From Octopus vulgaris (Eukaryota): DNA of 64,000 nt. The position numbers and the translations under genes are program-made. The stretch is from the NCBI GenBank assembly GCA_951406725.2, contig OX597818.1, forward strand, positions 142,352,001 through 142,416,000, in the 5' to 3' direction. The number at the start of each line of letters is the position of its first letter. Within the stretch, counting starts at the first letter, position 1. Positions 25,252 through 38,300 of this stretch are shown here, in pieces. The notes under the pieces were generated by a model that was given only the letters and a program-made list of their open reading frames with translations, was not told where the DNA came from and did not search any database.

Positions 25252-25480
25252 AGCGAGCTGGCAGAATTGTTAGCATGGCAGACGAAATGCTTAGTGGTAT
25301 TTTGTCTGCCGCTACATTCTGAGTTCAAATTCCACTGAGGTTGACTTTGCCTTTCATCCTTTTGGGGTCGATTAAATAAGTACCAGTTACATACTGGGGT
25401 CGATATAATCGACTTAAACCGTTTGTCTGTCTTTGTTTGCCTTCTCTGTGTTTAGCCTCTTGTGGGTAGTAAAGAAATAG
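25252..25480 (+). mobile_element. SINE family B with 15-bp TSD
   Basis: aataggtataaagct at 25226-25240 and 25476-25490. Confidence 0.88.
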
Positions 25481-25773
25481 GTATAAAGCTGAAAGTGTAT
25501 CTTGGGTACTGGATTTGAGAAACTCCTCATCAATGGTGCATAGATGTCCTCTTTTTCTTGTACTTTTCTAATCTTATTCATGTCCAGAAGGCAACTGATT
25601 TCCATAACAGTATGAACACCCGTATGTATGTATGTATGTACATAGGCATATATATGCATGCATGTATGTAATTGCATTCAGACATATAGGCACAAAAATA
25701 TAACACAAATGCACCCAGACATAGATACACACGTGCACAATTGCACAAGAAAACCAATATCAACAAACTAACA

Positions 25774-25821
<48 letters not shown>

Positions 25822-26746
25822 GCAGCAACCAGTTAACCACAATTACACACATCTCAAGACTGAAATATCCAAGGACATATACACACATATATAAACACAA
25901 AGGAATTATTGCCAGCATGCATAACAAAGTGACTCATAATTAAGTATGGCTGAGTATTTACCATAATTATTATTTCCATGACCACCACCACCACCACCAC
26001 CACCACCACCATCACCTACTGCCGGCTACTTCTCCTTCCTTTGTCTGTTTCTTTATTATTACATCGACTGGGAAGGTCGAAAATAGAAGTAATTCCACTT
26101 TGACCCATTTTCCCTCCTTATTATGGTTTGGTTCCCTCTATTGGTCTGTCATTTTGATTTTTTTTTAATGATTCTTCTTTTCGTTCTTTGTTTTGGCAAA
26201 AGGCGCTGACTGAGACATCAGAGATGGTGGAACCATATGATGTGACACATTGCGAGGAAGAAGTGTTTATAAATAGTGGCAAGGAACAGACGGAAGGAGA
26301 AACAGATAAATTCAATTAAAACGGGAATTTAATTACCGAGCAACACATATGTTGGTTACCTTACACATGAATACACACACACACACACACACAAACATAC
26401 ACACACACACACACAAACATACACACACATCACATATACAAAACAGTGACATTAACCTATATGCAGGAGAATCAAAACTTTGTGTGTATGCATGCATATA
26501 TATGTATGTGTGTATATGTGTGTGTGTGTATACATATATATATGCATATGTGCATCTTCGTATATATATTTATATATATATATTTATATGTATATGTGTG
26601 TGCATGTGTGTGTATGTATATATAGGTGTGTGTCTGTGTGTGTATATATTATTAAATCATACATGTATATTGTTTTAAATTTTATAAATATATATTAAAT
26701 TTTATATATATGTATATCATTTAATTTTATATATGCATATAACTAA

Positions 26747-26807
<61 letters not shown>

Positions 26808-26869
26808 GTATGTATATGATTAAATTTTAGATATAATATATATGATTAAATTTTATATGTATGTATATA

Positions 26870-26908
<39 letters not shown>

Positions 26909-28849
26909 ATGATTAAATTTTATATATATATGCATATATACATACATATATGTACATACATACATACATGCAATATATGTATATATATATTTATATATAT
27001 ATGCATATAATGGGTACAGGACATCACAAAACGTAAACAACATGGTCCTGTTTTTGTTACTAACTCTGATCCTCCACAAATCCCAAACTTTATTTTGGTT
27101 CATGGGAGCAACTGCCTCTCAAATTCTCATATTGTCATTAAGTTCCCAGGTTCAATATTACTGCATTGTCAGCATCATCAGCATCATTGTTTAACGTTCT
27201 CCTTCTATGCTGGCAAAGGTTGGATGGTTTAACAAGAGAAGCCCACCATATGTCTTTTATGGCTGGATGCCCTTCTTAACATCAACCACACTACAGAGTG
27301 AGCTGAGTGCTTTTTATATGGCACCAGCACAGGTGAGATCAGTTTTGGCACAGTCTTCTCAGTTGAATGCCCTTCCAAATGCCAACCACTGTAAAGTGGT
27401 TGGAATTAAAATGGACATCTGGCCATAGAAGCCATGCCAAAGCAAATACTGGAACATGGTAAAGTCCTTGAACCTACTGGATCCTTACAAACATCCAGCC
27501 CATGCTAGCATGGAGCACGGATGTTAAGTGATGATGATCACACAAATTTACATCTACTTTCCATGCTGGTACAAGTTAGACAGGCTGTCATGATTTGAGT
27601 CTCAGTTCTTGCTTGAAATTATTTCTCTCCACTGTGCACCAAGAGACCACACTTCCTTTGTTCAATTTTATTTTGGCATGGGTTATATGGCTAGATGTCT
27701 TTCTTTGCACCACTTTACAAAATGTACTTTACAGAGTGAGTTCTATTGTGGCACCAGTACAAGAGAGAGATTGTCATGTCCTTAACATGATAAAACTAAA
27801 GATCTTCTTGACCTTGTGATGTCCCCACTTATTCATCAATGCCTTTGCAAGATGCACTAGATGCACTTTATTACCGCATCAGCACTTATGTCATCCTCTT
27901 GAATTGGGCTCTTTCTTGCTCTATTTTGACTTCATTTGCTCTGGGTTACATGACCAATACAGAATGTAGAAGAGAGGGCAATTACAGAAGATGAACTAGA
28001 GTGAAAGGGAAAGTGTGTGTGTGTGATCTCCTTAGTATATATACAGAGATTAATATCCTAAAATACATAACAGAAAAGCAGACAAACAGAAACAAAGACA
28101 TGCACACACCCACATGTGTGTGTGTGTGTGTGTGTGCGCACATGCATGCGTGTGTGTGAGCAAGAGCAAGAGAGAGAAAAATAGATAAATGGATGGACAA
28201 TTGGATGCACCAAAGATGTAGATATCTGGAACACAGGAAATGAATTGTAATTACATTCTTTTCCTTCAGCTATTGACACATGCTCCTACACACACATTTG
28301 TGTGTGTTTATGTAATCTCACATACAAGTACGTGTCTATACATACCACATTTTTGCTCTACCGTTACTTATTTATATACTATACACACCCACATACAGAA
28401 ACACACACAAACAGTATTTTTCTTTATACACTTTTTCCATTTAATGACTGACAGTACATATATTTTTCTATATAAATGGTCAAGTACTTTGTTTTTATTG
28501 GTTTTCATCTATCGAATCTTAAGAATGTAATAAGGAGAAAGCAGTGACTGTGCTGGAAGAGGTGGATGAAAGAGAGAGAGATAAGGAGAAGCCAGCAACA
28601 AGAAAGTTAGTGGGACAGTCAGAGTAGCAGACAGTGAAATACAAGGATGGATGGAAGACAGAAAGAGATAGACAGAAACAATGTCTCAGAAAGAAGAGGT
28701 AAGCAGATATGGATGAATTGAATACCAATGAAACCGATAAATTTGATCATCACCCCAAGTTACTAAAAAGGCCTATATAAGGCCCTAAGTTCACCATGAA
28801 AGCAACCATATATGTTTATAACTCCTTATATTTATTTGTTTATTCATAA

Positions 28850-29125
28850 CAAATATTTAAGAAAAAGTGGAAGTGGATTGGTAGCACAATTAGAAAAGAA
28901 ACACCAAATGTAGCGAAAAGTGCTTTACAGTGGAAACCGGATGGATATAGAAAGAGATGTAGGCCTAAGAACTTGTGGCAGAGATCAACACAAAAGGAAT
29001 TAGAGAAAGGGGGACATTCATGGCAGAGTATAAGTACAGAAGCGAAAAATTATGCGACATGGAATTCAACTATAAGTGGCCTATACTCCGCGTTGGAGGG
29101 TTAAAGGCATAAAGAAAGAAGAAGA
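28850..29125 (+). mobile_element. 5'-truncated RTE-clade LINE with intact C-terminal frame, (GAA)n tail and 8-bp TSD
   Basis: QIFKKKWKWIGSTIRK...ALQWKPDGYRKRCRPKNLWQRS...LYSALEG* with no internal stops. TSD attcataa at 28842-28849 and 29126-29133. Confidence 0.88.
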
Positions 29126-29204
29126 ATTCATAATACCCTGTATTGTTGGTACTCAAGCAAGTAGCAGTGTGTGTGTGTATTTGTGTGTATGTGGGTGCAT
29201 CTTT

Positions 29205-29578
29205 CATCCTTTACTTGTTTCAGCCATCAAAAAGAGGCCATGCTGGGGCACTACCTAGAAGAATTTTAGCTGAACGAATCAACCTTAGTACTTTTAATTT
29301 TAAGCTTGGTACTTATTCTATCAATCTCTTTTGCCAAACTGCTAAGCTACAGGGACATAAACATACCAACACCAGTTGTCAAGCAGTAGGAGGAACAAAT
29401 ACAGACACAAACACACACACACACACACACAGAGGCTTTTTTCAGTTTCTACCAAATCCACTCACAAGGCTTTGGTCAGTCCAAGGCTAAAGTAGAAGAC
29501 ACTTGCCATGCAGTGGGACTGGACCCAGAACCCTGTGATTAGGGAACAAGCTTCTTACTATACAGCCATGCCCACGCC
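29205..29578 (-). mobile_element. SINE family A, diverged
   Basis: Reverse-complement match to family A. Confidence 0.8.
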
Positions 29579-29803
29579 AACATTGACATTGGTGGTTAGA
29601 TAGATAGACAGATAGGTAGAGAGAGATGGGGCAAGAAGGTGAGAGAGAGGGCAAGAGGGTGAGAGAGAGGGAGAGAGAGAGTATCAACAATACAGTGTAG
29701 GTTATGAATATTACAATAACATAGCAATGCCCTAAACTTATGGCAGGGTCCAATTTGACAGGTATCTAAAAGTGAAGATACCAGACTAGCCAACTCTGTG
29801 GAA

Positions 29804-30029
29804 ACTGGCAGAAATGTTAGCATGCCGGGCGAAATGCTTAGCGGTATTTCGTCTACTGCTATATTCTATGTTCAAATCCTGCTAAGGTCGACTTTGCCTT
29901 TCATCCTTTCGGGGTCGATAAATTAAGTACCAATTACATACTGAAGTCGATGTAATCGACTTAATCCCTTTGTCTGTCCTTGTTTGTCCCCTCTATGTTT
30001 AGCCCCTTGTGGGCAATAAAGAAATAAGA
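29804..30029 (+). mobile_element. SINE family B with 12-bp TSD
   Basis: aactctgtggaa at 29792-29803 and 30030-30041. Confidence 0.9.
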
Positions 30030-30315
30030 AACTCTGTGGAAGAGAGGTGTTATAGTAGTGATATAGAAAAGATAGAGAGAGGAGACAGGAAAACTGGAGC
30101 CAGAAGTTGGAACATGTCATTTTGTGATTGAATGCCAATAGTGAAGTAACCATTCTTTGGCAGTGGTTGAAGATGACTGTGTGAATAAAGTAGAAGTGGG
30201 ATTTTGGTTTGTTGCAAGATTCACAATGTCCCATCTGGCTGGTAATGGGACTGGAAAGGATAGTAGAGCAGTGACTAATAAACTGCAGAGGAAGAGCAGA
30301 AAAATAGTTTAACGA

Positions 30316-30473
30316 TGGAGTGGCTGTGTGGTAAGTAGCTTGCTAACCAACCACATGGTTCCGGGTTCAGTCCCACTGCGTGGCATCTTGGGCAAGTGTC
30401 TTCTGCTATAGCCCCGGGCCGACCAATGCCTTGTGAGTGGATTTGGTAGACGGAAACTGAAAGAAGCCTGTCG

Positions 30474-30512
<39 letters not shown>

Positions 30513-30720
30513 ATGTGTGTGTGTTTGTGTGTGCTTGTCCCCCTAGCATTGCTTGACAACCGATGCTGGTGTGTTTACGTTCCCGTCACTTAGCGGTTCG
30601 GCAAAAGAGACCGATAGAATAAGTACTGGGCTTACAAAGAATAAGTCCCGGGGTCGATTTGCTCGACTAAAGGCGGTGCTCCAGCATGGCCGCAGTCAAA
30701 TGACTGAAACAAATAAAAAG
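30316..30720 (+). mobile_element. SINE family A, young
   Basis: Near-identical to 4316-4732 and 37518-37935. CpGs retained. Confidence 0.92.
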
Positions 30721-31034
30721 AATATGGCAGAGGCAAATGAGAGAAAGACCAAAGTCAAGAGCAGAGAAGAAATCCTCAGTGAGTAGCGTAACAATAAAGT
30801 TGTTGCTTGGTTTGGTTTGTGTGGCTACAGCTGCACTATATTTGGTGTAGAGGCTGCAGAGATAACAGAGGGTGAAAGGCATGGTGCAGTGTGGGCCAAA
30901 CAAACTTAAATATTCCCTGGTAGCATCAATGCAGCTTAGCACCATTAGATACAGTTAGAATGTGCCTAAGTTATTTGATCTCCAGTCAACAGCTGATGAA
31001 GGGAGTGTCCTGTATTGCCAGCTGTATGTGTGTA

Positions 31035-31075
<41 letters not shown>

Positions 31076-32243
31076 AATCTATATTATAGATGTTTTAAAA
31101 GAATAATAGTTTGTATCAAGTAAAAATCGAAATGGGTGAAATTAGTTAACATATGTTATTTTATGAATTCTTTTGATTGTTTATTTGTTGACACAGATAC
31201 AAACAATTACTCGTTTCTTTGGCATGAAGTTGTGTTTGTATTTTTATTTTATTAGTCAATTTCCTTTTACAAACTACAAGTTTTATCTACAGAGAGCAAA
31301 AGATATTTTTTTTTTAATTACGCAGCAAAATTAACAAAGGATTATTGTCTTCTTTCTTGTTTGGTCATCTTGTTTCTCATCAGGTCAGAGTTCCAGCCAT
31401 GATCATTCCTGTTTTTTTTTTTAATTTTTATGACAATGACTACATATTCAATATGTTCTATTTTTCAAGATAGTAATATGTGATACAAGGAGAATTTTTC
31501 GGCTATTTCTAGCAGATCAAGCAATCGTGTAAAAGCTCCCACAATGACTTGCTGTTGCTGCTGCAACTAAATGATTCCCCTCCTCTTTTCCCAACATCCT
31601 TGGCTTAACCAACGTCCTGCTATAGCCTGATAGAAAGCTAAATGAGATGTATATCGTTACTTCTTCATCAGCCTTATTAAAGTGTATCTGTGTTTCTTTG
31701 TCAGCCTTACTAAAGAACTTCTTTGTGGCATAGGAATCGATAGAAACAGGAATAGACTAGAACAAAGCTGAAGACTGTCTTCCCCACTTTATTTCATTGT
31801 CTTTCACTGAACAAATAAGCCTAACAGCTTTTCTATCTGACCATTCCTTTGTTTGTCCATGGCTATGGCTACTATTCCCAAGTCTGTGTCTTCCTTTCTT
31901 TATTTTGGTGCCTAAATCAAAATGTTTTCCAGTTACAGTCTTTTCCCTTTCCTTTCCCATGGGTGGGGCAGTTTGACAGGAGCTGACCTGGCAGAAACCT
32001 GCACCAGATTCTGTGTTTGTTTTAGCAGGGTTTTTACAGCTGGATGCCCTTTGTAACACCAACCACCCAACAGAGTGAACACTTCTTCAATATTCCTGAC
32101 ATCTTTTCTTGGGATATATGATCCTTATAGACCAGATTAAGGGATTTTGAATGTCATGCTCAGGGATAAAAAAAAAGGGGACAAAAAATTTTTTTTCTCT
32201 TATTTGGAGAAAGAAAACAAAGAATTTTATCTTTCATTCTTCA

Positions 32244-32642
32244 TCTTTATATATAAAAGTGAAGTTGTGTGTCTGTCTCCTACGATTTAGATTCCTAACT
32301 ACTCCCACATTTTGTGGTGCAGTTTAACCAAAACCAGGTATCTTATAGTCATGATTCATATCGAGCCCTTCTGGGTATTAGCGCGCATCTACGATGAGTC
32401 TACGATTTTAAAAAAAATTTACCATCATTTTTTTCCATTTTAATGCATTTTTTTCGCTATTATATAAGGGAAGTAACTCTCTAAAAATGTCTACGATGAG
32501 TCAACGATTTAAAAAAAAATCTACCATTATTTTTTTTCCATTTTTAATGCATTTTTTTGCTATTTTTTGGCTATAACTCTCTAAAAATGCTTATATAGTT
32601 ATTTCCCTTACAAACCCGAGCAACGCCGGGCGATACTGCTAA
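32244..32642 (+). mobile_element. Non-autonomous Helitron, copy 2
   Basis: a|TCTTTATATATAAAAG ... cccgagcaacgccggg cgatactg CTAA|t (CTRR end). Near-identical to 12665-13061. Confidence 0.9.
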
Positions 32643-33285
32643 TAAAATAAAGTTGTCAAAGACAGGAGTTAATCATATGGACTGTTCCCACCCACAAAAT
32701 CCACCTTGTGGATTTGTAGAATCCTTAGAGCTTTGGAAGAAATGAAGAAATGTTTTGCAGTTTTTGATCTGAATCATTACATTCTGATATCAAATCCATT
32801 GAGGCCAATTTTTATCCCTCCAAGATACAATAAAGTACCAGGATCATAAAATAGGGTACCAATGAAGGACTGAAGTTGATATTATCAATTATCTACTGCT
32901 CCCTTCAAAACTGGTGGCTTTGTGACTAAATTAGGTGGAGTAATTACTATTACTGCTTGTTTGATAAAATGGCAAGTTTTTCTTGATTGATGTTAAGTTC
33001 ATAAAATTTTATAGAACTAGGAACACTTTTAACAACTGATCATTGGAAATGCTGGGAGGAAACCTAACTGAGAAATACTTTTATGCGAAGAGGTATAAGT
33101 AGAGATCTTGGAGAAGGCACCAGAGAATCTCTGCTTATGGAAGATTGAGTAAATAAATCAAAATGAGGGAGAGAGAGAGAGAGAGATTGGGAGTGGTGAA
33201 AGTGATGGTTAGAAATATGGTTGTAATTTCCGCTGGCATTTCAGAATAGAATGGTAAATGTAAGAATAGATTATTGGATTAATGT

Positions 33286-33325
<40 letters not shown>

Positions 33326-33447
33326 ACATAAATGAATCCATATATAACCAACTATATTGCTATAAAGATCAGCAAAAATTTAACAAGTCAGGTAGGAAAC
33401 AGCCTTTGGGGATATCTCTAATGTTCTCTAATTGCACACCTGTATGC

Positions 33448-33483
<36 letters not shown>

Positions 33484-34059
33484 TGCGTGCGTGTGTGTGT
33501 GTGTACGCATGCTCAGAGAAGAGGGATGGTCAGAGAAAGCTGGGGACACATATATTTATATATTGGTGATCATGCTTGAGCACACAATATATGGCTTCTG
33601 CTTGCTTGATTGACTACGAACGCAAGCCATATATAGTCATTACACATGTGCACACACACACGCATTTATGGGTGGGGGGTGTATTAGTATGTGTGTTTGT
33701 GTGTGCGAGCATGTGTGTATATAATGAATGATGTGAATGAGTGCAAATGCAGGCGAAAAAGGTAAGAAGTCCTATTGAAGGAGAACTCTTTATATTTAAG
33801 TAGTCAATGAAAAGAGACAGCTGAAACAGAATGATTAATGCTGTAATGCAGTTTAACTATGACAGTTTAGCTCAATGCTATTGTTGTTGTTGTTGTTGTT
33901 GTTAGTTAGCCTTGCCAACTCTGCTTGAGCAGACTTAAGTGAAAAAGGGTACTAACTTGAAGCTAACCCAACCTGGCAAAACATTTACACTGAAAATTGC
34001 TCAATAAGTAACTGATAATGCATTATGTTAGTGTATGTGTGTGTGCATGTATAATATAC

Positions 34060-34352
34060 ATCATCATCATCACCATCATCGTTTAACGTCCGCTTTCCAT
34101 GCTAGCATGGGTTGGACGATTTGACTGAGGGCTGGCGAACCAGATGACTGCACCAGGCTCCAATCTTGATCTGGCAGAGTTTCTACGGCTGGATGCCCTT
34201 CCTAACACTAACCACTCCGAAAGTGTAGTGGGTGCTTTTAAAAGTGCCACCGGCATGGGGGCCAGTCAAGCAGTACTGGCAATGACCTCGCTCGAATGTT
34301 TTTACCCATGCCACTGGCACAGGTGCTAGTAAGGCGATGCTGGTAACGATCA
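34060..34352 (-). mobile_element. Retroposon family F
   Basis: Reverse complement of 4737-5082. Confidence 0.85.
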
Positions 34353-36364
34353 CGCGTCTATATATTTGAAACATCTCGCAGAACTCTGCAACTCAGAGTT
34401 TGTCATATTGTATGTGATCCTATCCATCAAGCAACATCTGAAGGATCAGACAGAGAAAGAAACTGAATAGTAATGGAATAAATCAGCAGCTTTGAATGAA
34501 TGATAAACTCTAATTGTATGGTCAAAGTTCTTCTAAAACAGTTCTAGATTGAGGAATGTCTTGTGAGTGAAATCAGCAGATGGAACTTGTATGGAAACCT
34601 GTCATATGTGTGTCTATATGCACATGCAAGATCTACCGGAGCAAACAACGATGATGTTCATATTCCTTGTTTCATTCCTTGACATTACAATTGGTCTTTC
34701 TCCATGCTTATGGAGACCAGTGGAATGAAAAAATATCTTTTACTTGGAAAACAGTTATGGGTTGGTAACAAAAAGGGCAGCCAGCCATAAAATTCGACCT
34801 CAAATAAGTTCATGTCCAGTCCGTACTAGCATTAAAAAAATGGACATGAAACAATTGAACAAACACATAGAAATAATGGAAATAACTCAAAAATGCACCA
34901 ATTAGTGAATGTTGATCATTTAGGTAATGTGTTGTATACTGGATGATGTATGGAAAATACTGTTTCAGAATTTTTCATACATCATTTGTGAGGAGTTTGG
35001 GTCGAAGTAAATCATCATCATCATCATCATCATTTAATGTCCATTTTCCATGCTGGCATGGGTTGGATGATTTGACCTGAGCTGGTAAGGCTAGGGGTCA
35101 CACCAAACTTCCTTGTTTGTTCTGGCATGGTTTCCACTGCTGGATGCCCTTCCTAATGACAACCACTTTACAGAATGTACTTGGTGCTTTTTATATGACC
35201 AACACCAGTGCTTTTAATGTGGCACCAGTACAAGTGCTTTTTATGCAGTGTCAGCACCAGTACTTTTTATATGGCACCAGCACCAATATCAATTCTGCTA
35301 TGGCAGACAGATCTTCTTGAGAACAGTAAGGCGCCAAACATCTTGGTCCCTTATCACAACAAGATACCGAACATCTTGGTTCTATTTTAAATATCTTTTT
35401 AAAATTTTGGCACAAGAGCAGCTGTTTTGAGGGGAGGGAACCACACTGCTTGACTGGCATTTTATTTTATCAACTTTGAAAGGATGAAAGGCAAAATTTG
35501 CACTCAGAACATAAAGAACTGGGAGAAACACAGATAAACATTTTGTCTAACATGCTAATGATTCTGTCAGCTTGCCAAATAAATAAATTAATTAATGAAT
35601 TATAACTATTATATGTAGAAGAGTAGTTCAGCAGTTGTTTTGATGTGTTTTCTATCAGCTATTCTTGCAGCAATTAAATTAAAGCACTGGATTAGTATTT
35701 CTAGTCACGATCAATCTCACTTTACAATGAACATGATATCTAGGATTTAGGACCAAATGTGTGATGTATATGTGTGGCATGTGCATATATCAATCATCAA
35801 GTTCATTTTTACATTCACTTTACCATATTGGCATGGCTTGGTCTGGACTTTTTACAACTAGACACACTTTCTAACGTTAGGACTTTAAATCACCTTTTAC
35901 ATTATTCAGGGACATGGTATACCACACACACACACACACACATGTATATGATAGATTCAATCAGAATTGCTACTAATCATTTTGTGAAATTATGCCAGAA
36001 CAATGATGACATCATTCAGACATATGATTCAACTTACTTCCATTGTGGAAGAAAACGGAAGCAATTTTAGTTAATTGCATAATTAAGTACCATATTGAAC
36101 TTTACAAACCTGACATTGAATATATTTGTCTCTTACTATGATATAGATATATGTTTATCATCATCACTTAAAGTCCACTTTTTCATGCCCATATGTGGCA
36201 GACAGAATTTATTAAGGCAGATTTTCTACAGTTGGATGCTCTTCCAGTCACCAACCTTCACATTTTCCAAGTAAGGCATTTAATACACTCATACACACAC
36301 ACATACATGTATGTATATATACATATATATATATATGGATCAAAAAAGTTTGATTCAAATTTAT

Positions 36365-36441
36365 TGGTACTCTTGAGTTTCAAGTGTGATGCTAGTCGTC
36401 AGTCATTTTGAATTTGAAATTGAAAATGGCTGATGACTAGC
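36365..36441 (-). ncRNA. Degenerate hammerhead with fold-back duplication of its 5' half
   Basis: Minus: UGA-CUGACGA-cuagcaucacacuu-GAAA-CUCAAGAG-UA^CCAAUAAA. Inverted arm on plus: ugg-CUGAUGA-cuagc. Confidence 0.5.
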
Positions 36442-36471
36442 CCTTCTTCCATTTGTCCACTCACTCATATA

Positions 36472-36503
<32 letters not shown>

Positions 36504-36526
36504 CATGTATATACACAACATATATT

Positions 36527-37081
36527 AGTTTAGGTTAATTAAAATATGTTTGTGGCATATTCCACCTGCTAAAAGGCAAATTAACTGCAGCTTGCATGGA
36601 TAAAAATGTCCTGTGATGGTAAAATGGTATAATATCACCATATCTGTCCAGGATCACCACCTGTCAGGATTCCCTGACAACAATGTTTCTACCTCCTTGG
36701 CTGTTATCAATGGGAAATACCAAATGGAGGTAACACCGGACAGACCTTATTAACGCTTATAGCTTTAATTAAAATAGTTAACAACATTGACTGATTTTTA
36801 CCAGTAGACTACCAGATCATGAAAATTACCATAATAGTAGTGCCAAGCAGTGTTTAGGTATAAGCAAAATTTAAGTTAGTTAAAATATGTTTATGGCATA
36901 TTTCAGTTGCTAAAAGGCAAGTTCACTGCAGTTACCATGGAGAAAAAATTCTCTTATAGTAAAAAAAGATGTAACATATATGTCCAGTGTCACCATCTAT
37001 CAGGATTCCCAGGCATTGATGTTTTGTAGCTCCTTAACCATTATCAATGGGAAATACCTAAGAGAGGCAACTCTGGACAGA
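36527..37081. repeat. Old tandem duplication, period ~340 bp
   Basis: taaaatatgtttrtggcatatt...gctaaaaggcaa...tcaggattccc...ttatcaatgggaaatacc...ggacagac occurs twice. Confidence 0.8.
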
Positions 37082-37104
37082 CAGACACATATATATATAT
37101 ATGT

Positions 37105-37437
37105 ATGTCTTTTACTGTTTTTACTTTTATTGTTTTTACTGTCTTGTTTTGTTCTCACTGTCCTGTTCTTGTTACCACTTTTAACCCTCCACAAAAAATT
37201 CCAAATTTTATTTAATTTGCTTTGCGGAAAGGATTGTTTCAATGAAGTCGCGTCTTGTCCTTATCTCTGAAATGCATAGTAGATGAAACAGAGACAACTG
37301 AAGAAGGGGAATATTCCTTGTGTTGGATGTCTTGTACTGTTTTTTCATTGTTTGAAAAAACGTTCGTTTCCATGTTTTTGATTTTATGTTTTCGTTTCTC
37401 ATTGTGTTCAACGTTTTTTTTTATGTCCTGTACCCAT
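37105..37437. mobile_element. Unclassified repeat inside (TA)n, possibly Penelope-derived
   Basis: Its end atgtcctgtaccca recurs reversed at 27011-27024, also beside (TA)n. Contains ctgaaga and gaaa hammerhead-like halves. Confidence 0.45.
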
Positions 37438-37517
37438 ATATGCATGTATATATACATATAGATGTAGGTATGTACATATATGTATGTATACATGCATATA
37501 TTTATATATTATTTATA

Positions 37518-37681
37518 GGCGCAGGAGTGGCTGTGTGGTAAGTAGCTTGCTAACCAACCACATGGTTCCGGGTTCAGGCCCACTGCGTGGCACCTTGGGC
37601 AAGTGTCTTCTACTATAGCCTCGGGCCGACCAAAGCCTTGTGAGTGGATTTGGTAGACGGAAACTGAAAGAAGCCGTCGTA

Positions 37682-37725
<44 letters not shown>

Positions 37726-37935
37726 TGTGTGTGTTTGTGTGTCTGTGTTTGTCCCCCTAGCATTGCTTGACAACCGATGCTGGCGTGTTTATGTTCCCTG
37801 TTATTTAGCGGTTCGGCAAAAGAAACCGATAGAATAAGTACTGGGCTTACAAAAGAATAAGTCCTGGGGTCTAGTTGCTCGATTAAAGGCGGTGCTCCAG
37901 CATGGCCGCAGTCAAATGACTGAAACAAGTAAAAT
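37518..37935 (+). mobile_element. SINE family A, young
   Basis: Full head-to-tail match to family A. Confidence 0.92.
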
Positions 37936-38043
37936 AGTATATATATATATATATATATGTATGTATTTGGGTATGTATGCTGTACTTCTTTTGTATTTGC
38001 ATTGACCTCCTCTACTTGACAACCAGTCTTGATTTGTTTACAG

Positions 38044-38300
38044 CAGTGTTTCTCAATAATTTTTCATTTATGGATCCCTTTGATTTCTGTTTCACTCAGA
38101 TGAACTCTCCCAGTCATTCAATATTTAATAAAATATCATATTTTTGTAATTAAATAAATATTAGGAATTGTTTTAAAAAAAAATAGTTAAAATATTTTGT
38201 GCATTATAGAAGTATAACCAATTTATAACACATAAATTTTAACAACAAAACCCTTATATGGACCTCTATGGGACACATGGACCCCGATTGAGAACCCCTG
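38044..38300. mobile_element. hAT/Charlie-like MITE
   Basis: TIRs cagtgtttctcaa / ttgagaacccctg. Homologous copy at ~47009-47252. Confidence 0.7.

Noticed and set aside
31640-31675. CUGAUGA on the minus strand
   Set aside because: No matching GAAA or stem II.
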